The notes under the pieces were generated by a model. It had not been told where the DNA came from. It ran no database searches and worked only from the letters and a program-made list of their open reading frames with translations. A stretch of DNA of 64,000 nucleotides from an uncultured Clostridia bacterium (GTDB lineage: Bacteria; Bacillota; Clostridia; TANB77; CAG-508), in assembly GCA_947630545.1 (NCBI GenBank), contig CANRHX010000003.1, forward strand, positions 2,177 to 66,176. The letters run 5' to 3'. Each line of letters opens with the position of its first letter. The first letter of the stretch is position 1. Positions 56,622 to 63,336 of the stretch are shown one piece after another. The translations under genes and the position numbers were made by a program.

Positions 56622-56650
56622 TTGACAAAAAATATAATAGTATGTATAAT
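56622..56650 (+). promoter_or_regulatory. Consensus sigma-A promoter of the his-like/PurC-like operon
   Basis: TTGACA 56622-56627, 17-bp spacer, TATAAT 56645-56650; AGGAGG RBS about 5 nt before ATG 56703. Confidence 0.6.
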
Positions 56651-56702
56651 ACATATAAAGTTACTTATTGTAAAAAATATAATAAGTCAGAAGGAGGAAA
56701 AT

Positions 56703-57602
56703 ATGAAATTAAAAACAGGAAAATTAAATAATAGAGAAAGAAAATTTATATCAATACGAAAGAGTAAATTTGATGAATATGTAAAAAAATTAGATTTTGT
56801 AGAAAAATACAAAATTACACAGTATTATTTTCAAAATTACAAATATAGAAAATTTGAATCAGATGAAATTAAATTTACAAAAAGCAAAAAAGAAGGAGAA
56901 TTTACAACTGTTGAAGAAATATCTGAAAAAGAATTTTTAGAAAATTATAGTTATAATGTAGCAATAGTAAAGGAAAGAAACAAATTTAAAGATGGATTAT
57001 ATATTGTTGAAATAGATAAGTTTATACTACCTATACAAATTACTATGATAGAAGTTTCAAGTGATACTGAAGATTTAAAAAAGTATAAGTGCCCAGAAAC
57101 ATTTATTGAGGTCACTGATAATCCAATATATAAAAATATCAATATAATAAAAGGCAGTATAAAAAAATCTAACATAATAGTAGAAGGAACAGATGGAGTT
57201 GGAAAAACTACAACTATAATAAAGTTATTAGAAGATGGAATTGTATGTCAAGATAGATGTGAAGAAGTAATATCTAAGAATATGGTATTTAATGTAAATG
57301 ATAAAAAAAGAGCAAAAGAGATATATGAAAAATATTTCTCTATGAATACGGATATCTTAATTATTTTTCTAATAAATCTTGATAAAAAAGAATTAGAAAG
57401 TAGAATTTATCAAAGAGAAAGAATTTCAGAGTTTGATTTAAAAGCATATGAATATGGGCTACTTTATAAACAAACTTATGAGTATATGATAAAAAAATAT
57501 AATACTAAAGGTAGATTAATTTTGATAGATTGCAGTGGATTAAATATAGAAGAACAATATGAAAAAGTTAAAAATGTCATAATTGGAAAGGAGATGGATT
57601 AA
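56703..57602 (+). CDS. CYTH (triphosphate tunnel metalloenzyme) domain fused to a P-loop thymidylate/deoxynucleoside-kinase-like domain
   Basis: N-terminal half: 'NRERKFISI...ITQYYF...IVEIDKFILPIQITMIEVSS...FIEVTDNPIYKNINI' follows the CYTH pattern (EXEXK...QGYL...vD.f....l.l.EvE...EVT.d..Y.N). C-terminal half: 'IIVEGTDGVGKTT' P-loop from about nt 57183. Confidence 0.7.
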   Translation: MKLKTGKLNNRERKFISIRKSKFDEYVKKLDFVEKYKITQYYFQNYKYRKFESDEIKFTKSKKEGEFTTVEEISEKEFLENYSYNVAIVKERNKFKDGLYIVEIDKFILPIQITMIEVSSDTEDLKKYKCPETFIEVTDNPIYKNINIIKGSIKKSNIIVEGTDGVGKTTTIIKLLEDGIVCQDRCEEVISKNMVFNVNDKKRAKEIYEKYFSMNTDILIIFLINLDKKELESRIYQRERISEFDLKAYEYGLLYKQTYEYMIKKYNTKGRLILIDCSGLNIEEQYEKVKNVIIGKEMD

Positions 57603-58289
57603 ATGAAAATAGCTTTAATAACAGGTTGTAATAGAGGACTTGGAGAAGGAATAAGAAACATCTTATTAGAACAAGGATATAAAGTAATAGGTTTGAATCG
57701 AACTATTTCAAACCAAATAATAGAAAATTATACAGAAATAGAGTGTGATGTTTCAAAATATGAAAATATTCAAAAGATAAAAAACAAAGTAGATAAAAAA
57801 ATTGATTTATTGGTAATTAATGCAGGAATCAGAAGATTTGAAAAAATAGAAAATATGAAAGTGGATGACTGGAAAGATTCAGTAAATACAAATTTGAATG
57901 GTGCATTTTATGTATTAAATACATTTATAGAAAATGTAAAAAATGCTAAAGGTGATGTAGTAATAGTTGGTTCACATTCAGAAAAATACACCTTTGAAGA
58001 AGGAGGAGCATATTGTTCTACAAAACTAGCATTAAGAGGATTGGCAGAATGTTTAAGAGAAGAATTAAGATATGAAGATGTAAGGGTTTCTTATTTATCA
58101 CTTGGAAGTATAAAAAATAGGAATCACGGAATTTATGAAGACTGGAAATTAATGCCAGAGGAAGTTGGAAGGGCAATTGTAAATATTATAGATTTACCTA
58201 AAAAAATTTATATTCCATATTTAGACATAAGACCACTGAAACCACTAAAAGATCAAAAGAAAGGAATTGAGAGATTACAATATGTTTAA
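57603..58289 (+). CDS. Classical short-chain dehydrogenase/reductase (candidate CofA/PenB-type ketoreductase)
   Basis: 'ALITGCNRGLGEG' (TGxxxGxG), 'INAG', 'GSHS...YCSTK' catalytic S-Y-K. The start abuts the upstream stop (TAAATG). Confidence 0.85.
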   Translation: MKIALITGCNRGLGEGIRNILLEQGYKVIGLNRTISNQIIENYTEIECDVSKYENIQKIKNKVDKKIDLLVINAGIRRFEKIENMKVDDWKDSVNTNLNGAFYVLNTFIENVKNAKGDVVIVGSHSEKYTFEEGGAYCSTKLALRGLAECLREELRYEDVRVSYLSLGSIKNRNHGIYEDWKLMPEEVGRAIVNIIDLPKKIYIPYLDIRPLKPLKDQKKGIERLQYV

Positions 58290-59286
58290 TATAAAATGTA
58301 ATTATCAAATAACTATAGATAAAGAAAATGAGTTTATTGCAAAAATTTCACCACGAGAAAAAGTTTGCGTAAAAACTATAAATGCGTATGGAGATAGGTT
58401 TAAAAATATAAGCGAATTGATAGAACTAATAAATAACAAAAATGGTAAAACCCACCATCACCCATTAACAGGACCTATTTATATAGAAAATGCAAAACCA
58501 GGAGATGTACTAAAAGTTCATATATACAAAATAGATGTAGAAGAGATGGCACAAAGTATGTCTAAAACAGCAGGAATAGACCCAATAGAAAGCTCAGAAA
58601 TATCAGAAAGAGTACCTGCTATAGCAAAAAGATTAAAAAATGAATTAAAATATTTAAATAACATAAAGCTAAACTATAAACCTATGATAGGTATAATAGC
58701 AACAGCACCTAATGGTGAAAAAATAAAGACAGGTCATGCTGGACTTAGGAATGGTGGAAACCTAGACTTACCATTTATTACAGAAAATACAGATATATAT
58801 CTTCCTGTTGATATAGAAGGAGCTGGCTTATATTTAGGAGATATACATAGCTTGCAATCTTATGGAGAATTAAGTGGAATAGCAATGGAAGCATCTAGCA
58901 AAATTATACTTGATGTAGAAGTGATAAAAACTAATGAGCATTTAGATAATATTTTGGTAATTGGAAAAGAACCATTTTCGGAAAAAGAAGGAATTGGAAT
59001 TGTCGGAATAGGAGAAAAGATGAAAATGGAAGCTTCAGTATATGATGCATTTCAAGGAACTTATAATTTATTAAAACAAATTCTACCTAATTTGCCTAAA
59101 AATATTATTAAATCACTAATATCACTAATAGGAAATTCATTTAATGGTCAGGCATTTTCAAAAACATCAGAGTCAACGAGTATAATAGTTATTACAAAAG
59201 AAAATATTGAAAGAATAACACAAAATAAATATGAAGATTTATCAAAAGAAATTGAAAAAGTTTTATTTAAGAAAATTGAAGTATAA
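58267..59286 (+). CDS. Acetamidase/formamidase (FmdA/AmdA)-family protein
   Basis: 'HHHPLTGPIYIENAKPGDVLKVHIYKIDV' and 'GGNLDLPFITENTDIYLPV...GAGLYLGDIHSLQSYGE' match this family. The start (TTG 58267 or ATG 58282) overlaps the SDR stop. Confidence 0.75.
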   Translation: MRDYNMFNIKCNYQITIDKENEFIAKISPREKVCVKTINAYGDRFKNISELIELINNKNGKTHHHPLTGPIYIENAKPGDVLKVHIYKIDVEEMAQSMSKTAGIDPIESSEISERVPAIAKRLKNELKYLNNIKLNYKPMIGIIATAPNGEKIKTGHAGLRNGGNLDLPFITENTDIYLPVDIEGAGLYLGDIHSLQSYGELSGIAMEASSKIILDVEVIKTNEHLDNILVIGKEPFSEKEGIGIVGIGEKMKMEASVYDAFQGTYNLLKQILPNLPKNIIKSLISLIGNSFNGQAFSKTSESTSIIVITKENIERITQNKYEDLSKEIEKVLFKKIEV

Positions 59287-59300
59287 AAAGGAGGAAAAAT

Positions 59301-60488
59301 ATGAGTGAAAAACCTATAATTAAGTTAAGTGCTGGAAAAGGAAAATTATTACCTGTATTACAAGAATATTTGAAAAGTATAGGTCTTCCAGAAATAGAAG
59401 AGTCAAGAAAATTAGTTCATAAAATTGAAACACCTAATTACATTTTAGAAATTACTCTTTTAAGATGGGAAGATATAAAAAGATATAGTGATAAGTTCGA
59501 TATGATTATTTATGGAAGTGACCAATGGTTAGAAAGTGAAGACAAATCTATGATTTCTTTGAAATATTTCGAACAAAAAAATTGTAGAATAAGTTTACTA
59601 GTAAAAAAAGAACTAGCATATAAGCCATTTAGTTATTTTCAAAAAAGAAAAGTAGCAACACTCTATGAAAATTTAGCAGAAGATTATTTAGGAATAACAG
59701 AGGAAAATATAGTAAAGATTTCAGGTAACGTAGAAGCAGCTATTTCATTAGGGTGGGCCGATAGTATATTTGATGTTGTAGAAACAGGAACAAGTGCAAA
59801 AGAGAATGGACTTATAGAATATAAAACATTTGTAAAATTTGGAGCAATTTTAGCAACGAAAAAGGTAGAAAAAATTGATTTGTTTGAAAAATTAAGTTTA
59901 ATACCAAAACAAGAAAAAGGTAAAATCATAGCATTTGATGGATTAGATGGTTCAGGAAAATCTACACTAGCTAAATATTTGGTGCAAAATCCAATAATGG
60001 ATACAAACTCTAAGGTATTAATAACTCCATATTCAGGCAGAGTAGGAATTGAAGCAAAAAAATTATGGGATGAAGGCAAGTATGTAGAATGGGCTACAGA
60101 GATTGGTAAAAAACATTGGAGAGCGCCTAAATATGTAAATAGTATATACGATAGATCAATACTAACATTTATGACAGATTTAATAAAACAAAAATTTACA
60201 GATGAACAAATTTTAGAAGTAATAAATATATGGAAGCCTCTGCCAGATGTACTATTTTATTGCGACATATCACCAGAAATTGCTTTAGAAAGAACAAACA
60301 AAAGAAATAAAGGACAAGATGATTTTGATGAACTACAATCATTAAAAGAATACTACGTATTGTATAAAAAAGCAGTAGAATTTGTAAAAAAATATAATTT
60401 AACAAAAGTAGTAAAATTAAATACAAATAGACAAATTTCAGAAGTTATAAATATTGTTAAAGAAGATTTAGAAGGGAAAGTGAGGTAA
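59301..60488 (+). CDS. ATP phosphoribosyltransferase (short-form HisG)-like domain fused to a thymidylate-kinase-like domain
   Basis: N-terminal about 200 aa: 'IKLSAGKGKL', 'IIYGSDQWLE', 'KVATLYENLAEDYL', 'ISGNVEAAISLGWADSIFDVVETGTSAKENGL' (HisG signature region). C-terminal: 'IIAFDGLDGSGKST' P-loop and 'PDVLFYCDISPEIALERTNKR' (TMPK-like). Confidence 0.8.
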   Translation: MSEKPIIKLSAGKGKLLPVLQEYLKSIGLPEIEESRKLVHKIETPNYILEITLLRWEDIKRYSDKFDMIIYGSDQWLESEDKSMISLKYFEQKNCRISLLVKKELAYKPFSYFQKRKVATLYENLAEDYLGITEENIVKISGNVEAAISLGWADSIFDVVETGTSAKENGLIEYKTFVKFGAILATKKVEKIDLFEKLSLIPKQEKGKIIAFDGLDGSGKSTLAKYLVQNPIMDTNSKVLITPYSGRVGIEAKKLWDEGKYVEWATEIGKKHWRAPKYVNSIYDRSILTFMTDLIKQKFTDEQILEVINIWKPLPDVLFYCDISPEIALERTNKRNKGQDDFDELQSLKEYYVLYKKAVEFVKKYNLTKVVKLNTNRQISEVINIVKEDLEGKVR

Positions 60489-60490
60489 CT

Positions 60491-61246
60491 ATGTATACAA
60501 TAAAAAATAAAATTCCAGAAATAGAAGGTAAGTCTAAAAAAATATATAAATTAGATGAAAATAATTATTTTATGTGTTTTAAACCACATTTAAGGTCTAT
60601 AACATCTAAAAGAGAAAAAAATATAGAAGGAACAGAACATGAAAGATTACTAGCTAATATGTATTTTATGAACTTACTAGAAAGCAAAGGAATAAAAACA
60701 CAAATAAAAAATAAAAATATTCAAAATATTGATGGACAAGAAGGAATAATGGTAAAAAAAATAAAAACAATTCCTCTAGAATTTATTTGTAGATACTATG
60801 CAGCAGGAAGTATAGTAAGATTATATCCAAGTTTAGTAAAAGAAGGACAAAAATTTAAAAAGCCATTATATAAATTTGACTTAAAACAAGATATTAAAGT
60901 TGCAGGAGTAGATGATCCAACATTAAATGAAAATTATATTGTAGGATTAGAAATTTTAACGCAAGAGGAATTTGAAAAAACAAAAAACATATTAGCAAAA
61001 ATAGGAGAAATAGTAAGAGAAAATTTAGAAAAAGCTAAAATGAATTTAATAGATATGAAAATGGAAATGGGATTTGATGAAAAAGGACAAATAGTAGTAA
61101 TAGATGAAATTTCTCAAGATTGTATAAGAGCTAATGATATTGAAACAGGAAAAAGCTTAACAAAGGATTTATTTAGGCAATTGAAAAATGATGAAGAAGT
61201 TTTAAATGCATATATAGAATTTAATAAAAGGCTAGAAATAAAATAG
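60491..61246 (+). CDS. SAICAR-synthetase (PurC)-family protein, divergent (candidate CofB/PenC-type cyclase)
   Basis: 'EGKSKKIYKLDENNY', 'IPLEFICRYYAAGS', 'LIDMKMEMGFDEKGQIVVIDEISQDCIRANDIETGKSLTKDLFRQ' align along the whole length with PurC as I remember it. The segment where PurC has a D-x-x-T-A-F-[ND]-type motif reads 'FKPHLRSITSKRE'. Confidence 0.75.
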   Translation: MYTIKNKIPEIEGKSKKIYKLDENNYFMCFKPHLRSITSKREKNIEGTEHERLLANMYFMNLLESKGIKTQIKNKNIQNIDGQEGIMVKKIKTIPLEFICRYYAAGSIVRLYPSLVKEGQKFKKPLYKFDLKQDIKVAGVDDPTLNENYIVGLEILTQEEFEKTKNILAKIGEIVRENLEKAKMNLIDMKMEMGFDEKGQIVVIDEISQDCIRANDIETGKSLTKDLFRQLKNDEEVLNAYIEFNKRLEIK

Positions 61247-61263
61247 TATATGGAGGTAAGAAT

Positions 61264-61710
61264 GTGAAGGATTCAGAAAAAAGATATAGAGTATATGAAT
61301 ATATGAGAGATAATAAAGAAATAACAGAAGAAATGTCAAACACTAAAAAAATCATTTTAAAACTTATGAATAACGATAAACAAACTGAAGAATATTGTAA
61401 TAAAAAAATATTAGAAGAAAAGCAAGAAATAGAAGAAGCAATGATAGGAGAGCACTATCATGAGAATATGACTAAAAGAGAAATTCTAATAAATGAAATA
61501 TCGCAATATATTTATTGGCAAACTTTACTGGCAGTAAGTAAAAAAATTAAATATGAAGATTTTGATGGAGAGAATAAAATAGAAGAAATTTTAAAAAAAG
61601 TTGATATTAAAAAAATAGAAGAAACGAAATTAATAACCGTAAATGAAGTAATTCTACATGACTTAGAGCAAATGAAAAATAAAGAATATCTAAAAAAAGT
61701 AATTGTATAG
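61264..61710 (+). CDS. All-alpha NTP pyrophosphohydrolase, HisE (phosphoribosyl-ATP pyrophosphatase)/MazG-like
   Basis: 'KKILEEKQEIEEAM...REILINEISQYIYWQTLLAVSKKIKYEDF' parallels the HisE 'K[VI]GEEA.E......E.[IL].E.ADL.YH..VLL...G[IV]...[VI]' helices. GTG start after GGAGG. Weaker call. Confidence 0.5.
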   Translation: MKDSEKRYRVYEYMRDNKEITEEMSNTKKIILKLMNNDKQTEEYCNKKILEEKQEIEEAMIGEHYHENMTKREILINEISQYIYWQTLLAVSKKIKYEDFDGENKIEEILKKVDIKKIEETKLITVNEVILHDLEQMKNKEYLKKVIV

Positions 61711-61775
61711 TATAAAGTAATCTATAAAAACTAAAGATTAATACTTAATAAAATAACATTAAGGAGGAGAAAAGA

Positions 61776-62735
61776 ATGATAATACCTTCAATTGATATAA
61801 TGAATGGAAAAGTAGTTCAACTAAAACAGGGAAAAGAGAAAGTATATGAAAACGATAATATAGAAGAGGTAGTAGAACAATTTAGAATATTTCCACAAAT
61901 AAATGTTATAGACTTAGATTTAGCAATAAATAATGGAAGTAATAAAGAACTAATTAAAAAACTATGTAGAAAATTAACTTGTAATGTAGGTGGGGGAATT
62001 AGAAGTACTAAGTTAGCAAAAGAATTTTTAAATGCAGGTGCAAATAGTGTAATAATAGGAACTAAAGCCAATAAGGAATTTTTAACAGAATTACCTAGAA
62101 ATAAGATAATAGTAGCATTAGATACTAAAAATGGTAAAATAGCTACACATGGCTGGAGTGAACTAAAAGAAGAAAATATTTATGAAAAAATACACGAATT
62201 AGAGGACTATTGTTATAAATTTTTAATTACGAATATAAATGTAGAAGGACTAAATAAAGGCACAGATCTAAAGTTTTTTGAAACATTAGTAGGAAAAACT
62301 AAAAATGATATTATGGTTGCAGGAGGAATTACAACTATTGAGGAAATAAAATATATTCATAAACTAGGTTTTGATCAAATATTAGGAATGGCTATAACTT
62401 CTGGTAGATTAAATATTATGGAATGTTATATAGAAATAATGGATTTTAAAAAACAAAATGGATTAATACCAACAATAGTACAAGATATATATACAAAAGA
62501 AGTTTTGATGCTTGCTTATTCTTGCAAAGAAAGTTTGAAAAAAACATATGAGATAAGAAAGGCGACTTATTATAGTAGAAGTAGAAAAAAATTATGGACA
62601 AAAGGAGAAAAAAGTGGTAACATACAATATATAGAAAAAATTTATTTAGACTGTGATTCAGATACAATTTTGTTTTTAGTAAGACAGAAAGGAATGGCAT
62701 GTCATAGAAATAAAAGTACATGCTTTACGATATAG
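61776..62735 (+). CDS. HisA-like (ProFAR isomerase TIM barrel) fused to HisI (phosphoribosyl-AMP cyclohydrolase)
   Basis: N-terminal: 'MIIPSIDIMNGKVVQLKQGK', 'NVGGGIRS', 'VIIGT', 'MVAGGITT' (HisA/HisF fold). C-terminal from about nt 62448: 'GLIPTIVQDIYTKEVLMLAYSCKESL...YYSRSRKKLWTKGEKSGNIQYI...DCDSDTILFLVRQKGMACH' (PRA-CH). Confidence 0.85.
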   Translation: MIIPSIDIMNGKVVQLKQGKEKVYENDNIEEVVEQFRIFPQINVIDLDLAINNGSNKELIKKLCRKLTCNVGGGIRSTKLAKEFLNAGANSVIIGTKANKEFLTELPRNKIIVALDTKNGKIATHGWSELKEENIYEKIHELEDYCYKFLITNINVEGLNKGTDLKFFETLVGKTKNDIMVAGGITTIEEIKYIHKLGFDQILGMAITSGRLNIMECYIEIMDFKKQNGLIPTIVQDIYTKEVLMLAYSCKESLKKTYEIRKATYYSRSRKKLWTKGEKSGNIQYIEKIYLDCDSDTILFLVRQKGMACHRNKSTCFTI

Positions 62736-62761
62736 AATTATAAAAAAGGTGAGAAAAAACA

Positions 62762-63271
62762 ATGCCAGGATATGCAATACATTTAGCAATAGGTAAGGTT
62801 TACCAGCAAAATAATGATATTAATGATATAAAGAGTTTTGAAAGAGGAATTATAACACCAGATTTAGCAAAAGATAAAGCCAAATCTCATTATGGAACAT
62901 ATTCAAGTAATCCAGACTTAAATAGATATTTAAAAGAAAAAAATATTTTAAATGAATTTGATGAAGGATATTTTTTACATCTAGTAACTGATTATTTGTT
63001 TTATAATAAATATTTAAAAAAATGGGATAAGAATATTTATAATGATTATGATAAGCTAAATGATAGAATAATAAAAAGATATAACATTGTACTTCCAAGA
63101 TATTTATTAGAAATAGTAAATATTAAAGATGGAAAATTAGAAATATTAAATGAAGAAGATATATATAGATTTATAGATGTTGTTGGAAAAATAAATATTA
63201 GAGAATTATTAAGAGAAAAGGTAGTAAACTTTCAAAATAAGGTATCAGAAATACAATTTGAAGGAAGATAA
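62762..63271 (+). CDS. Hypothetical protein (possibly metal-dependent hydrolase-like)
   Basis: 169-aa ORF 26 nt after the HisA-HisI gene, with a GGTGAG RBS. 'GYAIHLAIG...SHYG...YFLHLVTDY' is His-rich but I cannot assign a family. Confidence 0.4.
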   Translation: MPGYAIHLAIGKVYQQNNDINDIKSFERGIITPDLAKDKAKSHYGTYSSNPDLNRYLKEKNILNEFDEGYFLHLVTDYLFYNKYLKKWDKNIYNDYDKLNDRIIKRYNIVLPRYLLEIVNIKDGKLEILNEEDIYRFIDVVGKINIRELLREKVVNFQNKVSEIQFEGR

Positions 63272-63336
63272 TAGTTAGAAGATTTTAATTTGAAAGTGAT
63301 TTAACTATAATTTCTATGTGTGCCATTGAGCCAATC

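Noticed and set aside
56703-62735. Interpreting the cluster as the ordinary histidine biosynthesis operon
   Set aside because: hisH, hisF, hisB, hisC and hisD are absent. A PurC-family gene, an SDR, a formamidase-family gene, CYTH and two kinase domains are interleaved. The fusions (HisG-kinase, HisA-HisI) are atypical. A split housekeeping pathway cannot be formally excluded without the rest of the genome.
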